Notes: a model not told the origin generated them from the sequence alone. Counted from the first letter of the stretch, positions 40,763-49,981 are shown. The stretch: DNA of 64,000 nucleotides from an uncultured Phycisphaerales bacterium (GCA_963718665.1 OY970359.1:2304001-2368000), one strand, 5' to 3'. Numbers and translations: made by a program.

Positions 40763-41033
40763 CCTGCTCGATGAAAAGTGGATTCCCGTTCTGTGGACTG
40801 ACGGCAAGTTCAATCATGTCGGCATCAAGGAGGCGCTTACACAAGCGGGACGGATTCAGGAGGTGCGAGACAGTTCCCCCCTTGTGACGTTTGGAATCTA
40901 TCGTCTGCTGATTGCTGTGCTGAAGTGGTTGTATAACTGCACGTCTGCACCCGTACATTTTTTGATGCTCTCAACGGTAATCTGCTTACACAAGGGCAAG
41001 GTTTCAAGACCGGTACTAATCGTGGTGGAATAG
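40752..41033 (+). pseudogene. Truncated Cas8e/Cse1 (CasA) N-terminal fragment
   Basis: MNYNLLDEKWIPVL...VGIKEAL.QA..I.E....PL....YRLLIAVL is the typical Cse1 start; similarity is lost after about 62 aa; GGAGG SD. Confidence 0.7.
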
Positions 41034-41090
41034 ACGTAGAATATGATGAGCCGAACGTTATCAATCTCTACTATTTTGGGAGTGATTGCA

Positions 41091-42590
41091 ATGCGATATA
41101 GAATAATTCTGCTAATTCTCCTGTTTCTGGCGACCAACTGTTGTTTTGCCGCAACTATTGTAGATGAAGCGGGTTTACGGGCGGCTGCGGCTACAGCAGG
41201 AAATAATACTATCAAGGCTAATACGACTTACGCACTAACTGATATCTGTCTTTTTAAGGGCAGTGTAACAGATGGTAATATGTCTTTCACCGTCGATACA
41301 TCGGCGGGTGATGGAAACGTTGAGATAACGAATGACGGGACTCCCAGGTCGGTGCAGGTTTGTGCGCACGCCCATAATGTGCCGATAATAATAACTTTTA
41401 CAGGCACGGCGGCAAGCCCCATTGTTTTTAATAGTAATACTGGTGTTCCTCTTCAGGTAAGCGAAGTCTATGGGGATTGGAACGACACTATGATAACGGC
41501 AACCTTTAATTACTGTTATTTTAAAGGACAACTTAGTGCCGGCGATGGTTTTAACGTGGGCGGGGCGGTTGTAAACCCTGTTGCTTTGGTTTTTAATAAC
41601 TGCAAGGCGTTCAACAATACCGGAGATGGTTTTTCGTTTTTAGCGGATAACGGGACTCCTATCAAAACGATGGTGCTGAATAATTGTGCTTCTTATTGGA
41701 ACAACAACATTAATAATGGCGGTGGTGGCACAAGCGGGTTGGGTGCGGGTGATGGCGTTACCGCCCATTCACCAAATCAAACAATAATTATGAATAACGG
41801 GAATTTTTATCAAAATGGCAAAAGCGGTATAGCCATTGTCGGCGGGGGGACGTTAATCGTTCACGATGCCAACATTTATGATAACGGCTATGCAGAACTT
41901 GTAAATAATAATGGCTATCAGGTTTATATGGAGGGAACATCCGCTCACCAGGGCGTTTGTCAGATTTATCATTCAAATATCTATAATGAAGTTGCTATTG
42001 CCCAAGCCCAACCGCTTGGCTTCGCTAATATGAATGTAACTCTGCACAATAATATAATCGATGCTGCAAACTGTAATGTCAACGACCCCGCTATAGCCAT
42101 CGATGGTAATTGTTCAGTGAATTTCAGGGGCAATATCTTCAAAAATAACAGGACATTGTATAATTATTTCATAAACGGCTCGCTGCTTTCCTCTGGCGAG
42201 ATTGCCAACAATGATTTTATCAATAACGTTCGGGATGTCAATATGGCAACACCTGCCCTGCAACTTTACAATAATATCTTCTTTAAAATGGCGGGCGATG
42301 CCAATGCTATTAACTGTTTTACAACAAATGCATACACCAATAGTTGCGGTGGCTATAATTGTTTTTATGGTTTGGCGACTGCCACTAATTATTTCAAAGG
42401 TGATAACGGCCTGAAAACGACCGATATTATAGCAAATCCATTATTCAAAGACAAAGATGCAAATGACTTCAGTTTATGGGGTTCTTCATACTGTATAAAT
42501 AGGGGTATGTCTACTCAGAGTGGTGGCTCATCAACCATCGGTGCTTGGCAACCAAAAAAGCAAAATAGCTCTGTAATACTGGCAAAATAA
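41091..42590 (+). CDS. Secreted Asn-rich right-handed beta-helix protein
   Basis: Signal peptide; repeated NxxDG/NNII turns; C-terminal ANPLF.D....DF.L...S.CIN.G...IGAW motif; AT-rich. Confidence 0.75.
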   Translation: MRYRIILLILLFLATNCCFAATIVDEAGLRAAAATAGNNTIKANTTYALTDICLFKGSVTDGNMSFTVDTSAGDGNVEITNDGTPRSVQVCAHAHNVPIIITFTGTAASPIVFNSNTGVPLQVSEVYGDWNDTMITATFNYCYFKGQLSAGDGFNVGGAVVNPVALVFNNCKAFNNTGDGFSFLADNGTPIKTMVLNNCASYWNNNINNGGGGTSGLGAGDGVTAHSPNQTIIMNNGNFYQNGKSGIAIVGGGTLIVHDANIYDNGYAELVNNNGYQVYMEGTSAHQGVCQIYHSNIYNEVAIAQAQPLGFANMNVTLHNNIIDAANCNVNDPAIAIDGNCSVNFRGNIFKNNRTLYNYFINGSLLSSGEIANNDFINNVRDVNMATPALQLYNNIFFKMAGDANAINCFTTNAYTNSCGGYNCFYGLATATNYFKGDNGLKTTDIIANPLFKDKDANDFSLWGSSYCINRGMSTQSGGSSTIGAWQPKKQNSSVILAK

Positions 42591-42690
42591 GGCGTTCTAC
42601 TTTAGATGCACATTAAATAAACGAGCAGAACAAACTTTTACAGGAATTAAATTCGAGAAAGTGAAATATAAAACGCTCATTGATTTTAAT

Positions 42691-43735
42691 TTGCTCTGTA
42701 GAAAAGATTGAAGCATAAGGTTTAGTCATGGCGATAAGTGTTAATAATAACAATAACTTAGGTTTCAGCCATAAACCGCGTTGGAAAGGATTCCACGATG
42801 GCCAAACACGGAGTTATGACCAAATCACCTGTTATGCTGGCAAAGCAGGCACTTCAGACAGCCACAACGGCACTCTCGCCATATTCAGCCAATCGCTCAC
42901 GCCACGATTTTACACAGGCACAGTTGTTCGCCATTTTGACTCTGCGACAGTTTTTTCAAACCGACTATCGTGGGATTGTACAGTTGCTGGCGGACTTCAC
43001 GGACTTGAGAGCTGCGATTGGGTTGTCAAAAATTCCTCACTACACTACCCTTCAAAAAGCACAGCAACGTCTGCTAAAAAAAGGGCTTGGGACAAGCTGT
43101 TAGCCGCCATTTTCAGTATTGCCAGCCGCGATGGCTTAATCGAGGAACGCCCCGAGGCATCCATTGATTCGACGGGGCTGGAAAGCCGGTTTGTCAGCCG
43201 ACATTTTCTAATGCGTCAAGGCAAACATACCCAGCAATATCGCCGATGGACAAAACTTACGGTTGTCTGCCACAATGCCAGCCATCTGATTGCTGCCGGC
43301 TTGGTCAGCACTGGTCCCAGCAATGATTGTTCCTACCTTATGCCGGCAGTTTCCCAGGCGGTAACTAATCTGCCTATAGACCGGCTTTTGGGTGATGCAG
43401 GATATGACGCAGAAGCCAACCATAAATTCTGTCGTCAGTATCTCGGCATCCGCTCGACGATTATCGCTATCAACAACCGACGAGGTAAAAAAGGCGAGCT
43501 TACAGGCCATTACCGAAATCAAATGAAGAATAACTTCCCGAAACGTAAGTTTGGTCAGCGATGGCAAGTTGAGAGTGTTATGTCTCGCATGAAACGTCGT
43601 CTTGGCTACGCCCTTCGTAGCCGAACGAATGAATCTCGCAGTACCGAGTGCGTCATGAGAGTTCTGACCTACAACCTGATGCTTCTCTATTTACTTTTCA
43701 TAAAGAACTTTTAATTAAAGGTTTCTACAAAGCAA
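42691..43735 (+). mobile_element. IS5-family insertion sequence
   Basis: Terminal inverted repeats TTGCTCTGTAGAAA / TTTCTACAAAGCAA enclosing a DDE transposase. Confidence 0.85.
42798..43714 (+). CDS. IS5 transposase expressed via a -1 frameshift
   Basis: OrfA (IPHYTTL) and OrfB (IDSTG, GDAGYD, RWQVES...KR) overlap at an A7G run, 43076-43083. Confidence 0.82.
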
Positions 43736-43996
43736 TGTGATATTTGCAAAGAAGTTGTTAAAGGTGAATGCAAAACCTGCCACTTCACGAATGAACACCC
43801 CAACGAAGCCTCTCCGTAAGGCTGTGAAGATAACCGTAAAAACATCTGTTATTTTCACGGCTTTTCACACCTAACAAAAATTATTCCTAGTGTAAGTTTC
43901 TATTTTACATAGACTTCCTGCTCCTGCCATCAAGTGTGAATTTCGCATTCCCATACTCTACAAAGACCATCGAATGTTTTTTTACAGGATCTGAAT

Positions 43997-44212
43997 ATGA
44001 GGACATTATTGAGAGTGCCGGATTTAATTGAGGCTATCGAGCCGCTTGTTGGGACTAGGATTGTTGCCGATGATGTTTTCAGGCTCATCGGTAGTGGCGA
44101 CATAAAGCCTTTGGGTGTTGTCCAGAGGACGCCGGTATTCGACCTCGACCAAATTGCGGGCATAGCAGAAGTGATTAGACAGGCGGCAAAGGGGGACAAC
44201 GATGACCGTTGA
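43997..44212 (+). CDS. Small hypothetical protein of the element (possible DNA-binding)
   Basis: ATG with AGGA SD; overlaps the next gene start; co-oriented with the element operon. Confidence 0.45.
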   Translation: MRTLLRVPDLIEAIEPLVGTRIVADDVFRLIGSGDIKPLGVVQRTPVFDLDQIAGIAEVIRQAAKGDNDDR

Positions 44213-44501
44213 CCGGCAGACCATAGCCCCGGCACCGCTTGTTTCTGACAGTATCCCGCCGCTTTTGGTCGATAGCCGCAGGGCCTCGCGCCTTTGTGGA
44301 ATTTCCCGTTCGTCCTGGTATTCGCTATTAAGTGCAGGCCGCATAGGGCCGCCAACGATTAAGCTGAATGGCCGGTGCTTATATAGTGTTTCGGATTTGA
44401 CGGAATGGGTCGCGTCGCGAAATCCTGAAACCGGCCTTCTACCGACACGTGAACAATGGATTGCGAGGCAAAGGCCGGAGGGAGCAAAAAGATGCCTTTA
44501 A
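44202..44501 (+). CDS. AlpA/excisionase-like HTH protein
   Basis: LLV....SRLCGISRSSWY.L...G..GP..IKL.GR.LY...DL.EW. Confidence 0.75.
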   Translation: MTVDRQTIAPAPLVSDSIPPLLVDSRRASRLCGISRSSWYSLLSAGRIGPPTIKLNGRCLYSVSDLTEWVASRNPETGLLPTREQWIARQRPEGAKRCL

Positions 44502-44920
44502 TGGAATATCAAACATTCAATTTCCGGCCCGCTTCTATTGAGATTATCAAAAAGGCAAATTCGATAATCACCGCATACCAGGCCAACGGCTATGATTTGA
44601 CGCTCCGGCAGCTTTACTACCGGTTTGTTGCACGTGCCCTTAGACGAATCGCCCTGAATATGGAGCAAGTCCAACAATACAAACCACCGCCAAATTTTGC
44701 CAAACTGACTGACACTCGATGCAGTGATTATATTGCCGGGTATGGCCGTGAGTCGTGGGAGTTAGATGCACTTGACCCGAAAGTAATCTGGGAACTAATC
44801 GGTTGCGAGGTTAACAGACTTACGGACCGAACCAATCGGCAACAATTGATTGACCTACAGGAATCAGACAAACAGAAGCTTGCCTACCTTTCAGACCACT
44901 GGGAGGAAATAGGGATATGA
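44492..44920 (+). pseudogene. Topo VI-A/Toprim-like phage protein with an apparent in-frame internal deletion
   Basis: LTLRQLYY.FVAR is joined directly to RIALNMEQV..Y.PPPN.AK.TD.R...Y...YG.ESWELDAL; the central EKD and DxD Toprim motifs are absent. Confidence 0.6.
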
Positions 44921-46140
44921 GCCAACCAAACGAAAATACGCTCTTAAAAGCCGCTTTGGAATATCACCAGCGCGGGTGGTGTATCTTTCCCGTGGTACAC
45001 GGCACGAAAAAGAAACCCTGTATCAAGTGGAAAAAGTACCAGCAGCAGCGCCCTGATGAAAACACCATCCGGGGGTGGTTTAATGGCGGGAAAAAGAACA
45101 TAGCGGTTGTGTTCGGTAAAGTATCAGGTGGCCTTGCCTGCCGTGATTTTGACACGATGCCAGAGTATGAACTTTGGGCAGGAAACCACCCAGACCTTGC
45201 AAAGATATTGCCGACAGTACAGACAGCAAGGGGTAGGCACGTTTACTTTGAGCAGAAGCAAGTTGAAGGTAGTAAAAAAGTGTCAGCCGGTGAGCTTAAA
45301 TGCAGCAAATGTTATTGTTTGCTTCCCCCATCATTACACCCGTCAGGTTCAATTTATCAATGGCTCATACCCCCGAATGATGAACTGCCTGAATTATCAC
45401 TAAAAGATTTCGATATAGCAGACTTTACAGAAGAGACAGAAGAAGTAGAGGAGACAGAAGAACCTGATGACAGTGAAGATATTGAAGCAATAAAGATTGC
45501 TTCTGTCTCCTCTGTTTCCTCAGGCTCTTCTGTTTCCTCTGTCTCCTCTGTAAACGATAGTGTTATTGTTTTTGAAAATCTTGATGTTAAAGTAAAAAAT
45601 TATGTCAACACCGCTATAAAATGCACAAGACCCAATAAAGAAGGGTATCGAAACTTTTTGATTTTTCAGTTTTGCCGGTGGTTAAAAGGCAACGCTGAAT
45701 TTGAAAAATGCCAGGCCGGACAGTTAAAACCGCTGGTCAGACTTTGGCACGAAAAGGCATTGCCGACAATTGGGACAAAACCGTTTGACGAGACCTGGGC
45801 TGATTTCTGCTATGGGTGGACACGGGTGAAATATCCTAAAGGCAGCGGTGAGCTAAAGATTGCGGTAGAAAAGGCATTAAATGCGCAAAAAAATCTTGCC
45901 GCTGAAGAACTTTACGAAATATCGGAAGTAAAGCTTTTGGTACGGGTTTGCTATGAACTTCAGGCATTGCGCAAAACCGAACCGTTCTGGTTGTCTTGGA
46001 ATGACGCTGCTTTGATATTAGGCGTAACGAAACCGACAGTGGGCAAATGGCTGAGTATGCTTGAAGCTGACGGAGTTATCAAAAAGGTTGCCGAATATAC
46101 TGCTAAACGAGCGGTGCGATATAAATTTATTGCGAAATAA
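44917..46140 (+). CDS. Bifunctional primase-polymerase (Prim-Pol) replication protein with C-terminal wHTH
   Basis: ALEY..RGW.IFPV...KKP, NIAV..G..SGGL...DFD, T.RGRHVYF, LLPPS.HPSG..Y.W; C-terminal AALILGVTKPTV.KWL..L...GVI. Confidence 0.85.
   Translation: MSQPNENTLLKAALEYHQRGWCIFPVVHGTKKKPCIKWKKYQQQRPDENTIRGWFNGGKKNIAVVFGKVSGGLACRDFDTMPEYELWAGNHPDLAKILPTVQTARGRHVYFEQKQVEGSKKVSAGELKCSKCYCLLPPSLHPSGSIYQWLIPPNDELPELSLKDFDIADFTEETEEVEETEEPDDSEDIEAIKIASVSSVSSGSSVSSVSSVNDSVIVFENLDVKVKNYVNTAIKCTRPNKEGYRNFLIFQFCRWLKGNAEFEKCQAGQLKPLVRLWHEKALPTIGTKPFDETWADFCYGWTRVKYPKGSGELKIAVEKALNAQKNLAAEELYEISEVKLLVRVCYELQALRKTEPFWLSWNDAALILGVTKPTVGKWLSMLEADGVIKKVAEYTAKRAVRYKFIAK
45424..45554. repeat. Inverted array of 9-bp iteron-like repeats inside the rep gene
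   Basis: ACAGA(A/G)GA(A/G) units on + followed by the same units on -, around the GAAGCAAT-aaag-ATTGCTTC hairpin. Confidence 0.85.
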
Positions 46141-46185
46141 AAAATATGTGCTTGACAATATAGCAAGTATGTGTATGATTGAGGT

Positions 46186-46392
46186 GTGATTTTGGAACGT
46201 ATAGCAGAAGCCATTGAAAAGTCGGGTAAGACCAGATACCAGATTGCACAAGAAACGGGTATCGACCAGGCGGTGCTTTGCAGGGTAGTTTCTGGTGGCA
46301 GTTGCGGCACAAAAACCGCCGATCTTCTTTGCAAGTATTTGGGGCTGGAGCTTACGCCGAAGAAGCTAAAACGAAAGGCAGGCGCAAAATGA
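46186..46392 (+). CDS. Cro/XRE-type HTH regulator
   Basis: SGKTRYQIAQETGIDQAVL.R...G....KTADLL..YLGLEL; upstream TTGACA-N16-TATGAT; ATGA overlap with the integrase. Confidence 0.8.
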   Translation: MILERIAEAIEKSGKTRYQIAQETGIDQAVLCRVVSGGSCGTKTADLLCKYLGLELTPKKLKRKAGAK

Positions 46393-47860
46393 GAGTTTTC
46401 AGAACATCATACAGAGACAAAGGCGGGGAATTCCACGAAGTCAAAAACTACTACGTCGAGCTGCGGGACCATTTAGGAACCGTTCGGCGTTTTCCGGCCT
46501 TTGTTGATAAAATGGCGTCCGCGGCGCTTGGCCGACAGATAGAACGGCTTGTATCTTGGAAGGTTGCAGGTGAACAGCCGACACCGGAATTGACACGCTG
46601 GCTTGAGGGAACGCCACAGAGTTTGAGAAAACGGTTTGCAAAGATAGGACTTCTCGATGCTGAACGTGCAACCGGTGGACAGCCCGTTGCCAAAGTCGTC
46701 AAGATAGGAAATAAAGAGGTTTTGAAAGATTGTTTGCTTGCCGACTTTGAGCGTTCGTTGCTGGCCGGTGGAGATACGGTTGCACAGGTCGAACTAACCG
46801 TTGGCAGGTGCAGGCGGATTGTCGAAAAATGCAGGTTTGCTGCGTGGACGGATATATCGGCAGACGCCGTGAGCCGCTATATTGAGAATTTACAAGGCAA
46901 AGACGGTTTGAGCAAGAGGACGGCAAACCATTATCTGCGGTCAATAAAGCACTTCTGCCGGTGGATGGTTAAGCAGCGAAGGGCAAGCGAGTCACCCTTG
47001 GCACAACCTTGACTGCGTGTCCGTCGAAACAGGCGATATACGACACGGACGACGGGCACTTGAGCCGGACGAGATTCGCCGATTGTTAGAGGCAACGGCA
47101 ACACAGCCGATGCGTTATGGTCTGACAGGGCGGGAGAGGATTTTGTTGTATCGGCTGGCAGTTGAAACGGGTTTGCGACGAAACGAGTTACGTTCTTTGA
47201 AGGTGTTGTCGTTCGACTTTGAGGGCTGCACAGTCACGGTTGAAGCGCAGCATACAAAAAATGGCAAGCTGGCCGTGTTGCCTTTGAGGGTGAATACGGC
47301 GGCGGAGCTAAGGCAATTTGTAGCTGGTAAGCCGCCGAATACGCAAGTTTTCAAGGTCCCGGGCGCGACTGCAAAGATGTTCAGGATTGATTTGAAGGCT
47401 GCTGGTATCGACTACGTTGATGAATCAGGGCGGTATACGGACTTTCCACTCACTGCGACACACCACAGGGACGCTATTGGCTGCTGCCGGTGTTCACCCG
47501 AAAACGGCGCAGACCCTTATGCGACATAGCGATATAAATCTGACAATGAGCCGATACACGCACACGCTGACCGGTCAAGAATCCAGAGCGGTTGAAAGTT
47601 TGCCGGACCTGTCCACGCCGAGCCGACAATCACAGCGGGCGGTTGCTACGGGGACAGATGGGAAAAACTTGGTGCGTTTCTTGGCGCTTGATACCGGAAA
47701 ACATCTGACTACATCGGACACGGTTGGACAGGAAAACCGCATTGTCGATAGTAAAAACGCATTATCTACTGCGCCCGGCCAGATTCGAACTGACGACCTC
47801 CGGTTTAGGAAACCGGCGCTCTATCCTACTGAGCTACGGGCGCGACCGCCCCTATTATAG
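46389..47860 (+). pseudogene. Tyrosine integrase with two +1 frameshifts (about 47005 and 47444); 3' end runs antisense through the tRNA
   Basis: Three consecutive ORFs; TGLRRNE, HTKNG, (DF)HSLRH, MRH and RYTH catalytic set is complete when rejoined. Confidence 0.85.
47770..47843 (-). tRNA. tRNA-Arg(CCT), CCA not encoded
   Basis: GCGCCCGTAGCTCAGTAGGATAGAGCGCCGGTTTCCTAAACCGGAGGTCGTCAGTTCGAATCTGGCCGGGCGCA; cloverleaf, anticodon loop TTCCTAA, GTTCGAAT T-loop. Confidence 0.95.
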
Positions 47861-47919
47861 GGGAAAGCGAGTTTTTTTGAAGAAGAAAAAGTAGAGCTTG
47901 GTATGTTTCAAGTAAAATT

Positions 47920-47949
47920 AAAGAAGCCGGCTATAATACCGGCTTCTTT
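47920..47949 (-). terminator. Intrinsic terminator (possibly bidirectional)
   Basis: AAAGAAGCCGG-ctataata-CCGGCTTCTTT downstream of the 47971..48549 gene. Confidence 0.75.
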
Positions 47950-47970
47950 TGGTTGTTGTGTTGCCTGCCG

Positions 47971-48549
47971 CTAATAGATTATAGCGGTTGCTTCTTCAAT
48001 TTTGCGGACGACCTCGGAAACGTCCGCGGGCATAGAAACATACCCGTCAAACCCTTTCTGCAGTAATGCCGCTGCTTCACCTCCTCCCAGGTGATTCACA
48101 AGGGCGATTACCTTGATGGTCTGCAGCTCTTCGTCCGACCGGATATTCCTGCATATAGCCTCTGCGTCGATGTCCGTTGCCAGCAGGTTCACAAGCAAAA
48201 CGTGCGGCTCGAATCTTTGGACCGCGGTTCCCGTCTCAAAGTTGTTTTTCGCAATGCTCACTTCGTAGTCCGATTTGGCCTTCAGCGTCTCCGCCAGTTT
48301 TGATGCCGACTCGACATTGCTATCGACTATAACAACCCGCATTTTGCCGACGGGAACCGCCGGCACCGGCATATTATTCTGCTTCATAAACCGAATCAGT
48401 TCGTTAACTGGTATCCGTCGGTCTTTGCTTCCCGGTATCCTGTAGCCCTTCAACTGCCCGCTGTCGAACCATTTAGACACTGTTCTCGGCGCGACGTTGC
48501 AAATCTTCGCTACATCACCTGTCGTTAATACGTTCTTGCCTTTTGCCAT
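47971..48549 (-). CDS. Excisionase-type HTH plus receiver-domain regulator (Planctomycetota type)
   Basis: VLTTGDVAKICNVAPRTVSKWFDSGQLKGYRIPGSKDRRIP, then a degenerate receiver domain. Confidence 0.85.
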   Translation of the reverse strand: MAKGKNVLTTGDVAKICNVAPRTVSKWFDSGQLKGYRIPGSKDRRIPVNELIRFMKQNNMPVPAVPVGKMRVVIVDSNVESASKLAETLKAKSDYEVSIAKNNFETGTAVQRFEPHVLLVNLLATDIDAEAICRNIRSDEELQTIKVIALVNHLGGGEAAALLQKGFDGYVSMPADVSEVVRKIEEATAIIY

Positions 48550-48810
48550 TTTTATATTCCTCTTCAGGAGTGGTTTTTTGCCACTTGCACGTGATTTATC
48601 GGCTTTACCATATATGCCGTTTAGGACAACCGCCCCATTTCCAAGCCGTATTACTGATATTGGCCTTCGCCTCTATTACTACGTCCTATAAGCCGAAACA
48701 GTTCCTGACGGCAAAAATAGGGCGGGCAGAAAGTATTTGGCAAATTTGGGTCTGAACAGTAAAATCCATCTTTTCGTATAACCTGCATTTGATGCTTTAA
48801 GGAGCCGTGT

Positions 48811-49929
48811 ATGCGTATATTTTTGTCTCGTCCTGACATTACTGACAGGGAAATTCAGGCAGTTACCGATGTGCTCAAAAGTTCAAACCTTTCACTTGGC
48901 CCGAAACTGGGCGAATTTGAGCAGGCCTTCGCTAAATATATTGGCAGGAAACGAGCAGTCGCTGTCAACAGCGGAACAAGCGGCCTGTATCTTTGTATGC
49001 TTACCCTGGGTATCGGGCCGGGTGACGAGGTAATCACAACGCCGTTTACCTTCATCTCCACTTCCAACGTTGTGCTTATGGCGGGGGCCAAACCCGTCTT
49101 TGTTGATATTGACCCGGTAACTTTGAACATCGACCCGGATAAAATTGAACAGAAGATAACAAAAAAAACGAAAGCGATTATTCCTATTGAGGCCTTTGGC
49201 AGTCCCGCTGGCTTCGATAAATTTCGCCGGATTGCCGACAAGCACAAACTCGCCTTTGTCGAGGATAGTTGCGAGGCCCTCGGTTCCGCGTTAAATGGCA
49301 AAAAAGCCGGCACTTTCGGCGATATTTGCGTCTTCGCGTTTTACCCCAATAAGCAAATTACCACCGGCGAGGGCGGCATCATTCTTACCGACGATGATAA
49401 ACCTGCGGATATGTGTATCTCGTTGCGTAATCAGGGCAGGGCGGCGGGTGGTAGCTGGCTCAGCCACGTGCGGCTGGGCTATAATTATCGCCTCAGCGAT
49501 ATCAACTGCGCCCTGGGTATCGTGCAGCTTTCAAGAATCGAGGAAATAAAACGCAAACGCAAACAGGTCGCCAAATGGTATCAGGAAAACCTTGCCGGCG
49601 ATGACCGCCTGATTGTTCCGACCGAACCCGCCGGCTGTGATACCAACTGGTTTGTCTTTGTTGTTCGCCTCGCAGACAGGTTTACTCGCCAGAATCGCGA
49701 AAATGTTTTGCAGACGATGCGCGACGCCGGCATACAGGTCAGCAACTATTTCACGCCCGTTCATCTCCAGGCGTTTATGGTCGAGCGTTTCGGCTTCAAG
49801 CCGGGCGATTTCCCCGTAACCGAGAAAATCGCCGAAAGGACCATAGCATTACCGTTCTACAATAATCTCAGCAAAGATGAAGTAGGTATTGTCTGCGATG
49901 AGCTTCGCCGAGCGATTGACAAACTTTAA
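48811..49929 (+). CDS. DegT/DnrJ/EryC1/StrS aminotransferase
   Basis: NSGTSGL, EDSCE, FAFYPNKQITTGEGG, GYNYRL. Confidence 0.92.
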   Translation: MRIFLSRPDITDREIQAVTDVLKSSNLSLGPKLGEFEQAFAKYIGRKRAVAVNSGTSGLYLCMLTLGIGPGDEVITTPFTFISTSNVVLMAGAKPVFVDIDPVTLNIDPDKIEQKITKKTKAIIPIEAFGSPAGFDKFRRIADKHKLAFVEDSCEALGSALNGKKAGTFGDICVFAFYPNKQITTGEGGIILTDDDKPADMCISLRNQGRAAGGSWLSHVRLGYNYRLSDINCALGIVQLSRIEEIKRKRKQVAKWYQENLAGDDRLIVPTEPAGCDTNWFVFVVRLADRFTRQNRENVLQTMRDAGIQVSNYFTPVHLQAFMVERFGFKPGDFPVTEKIAERTIALPFYNNLSKDEVGIVCDELRRAIDKL

Positions 49930-49949
49930 AAATTGCACTTACAGTGCAT

Positions 49950-49981
49950 AAAAAACGCCGTCCCTAAGGGACGGCGTTTTT
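49950..49981. terminator. Bidirectional intrinsic terminator between convergent genes
   Basis: AAAAAACGCCGTCCC-taa-GGGACGGCGTTTTT. Confidence 0.88.

Larger units (their letters stand above)
39600..47769 (+). mobile_element. Degenerate integrative element (satellite/PICI-like) at the tRNA-Arg 3' end; left boundary approximate
   Basis: Integrase abutting the tRNA, HTH, Prim-Pol, AlpA-like gene, IS5, low-GC cargo and several gene fragments; no att duplicate found. Confidence 0.7.

Noticed and set aside
41001..41035. GTTTCAAGACC...GTGGAATAGAC resembles a single CRISPR repeat near the cas fragments
   Set aside because: Only one copy, no internal hairpin, and it lies in a frame that reads as a coding remnant; no array was seen anywhere in the window.
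47971..48549. Excisionase-like HTH next to the tRNA as part of the mobile element
   Set aside because: It lies on the host (5') side of the tRNA and has the HTH-receiver architecture of a chromosomal regulator.
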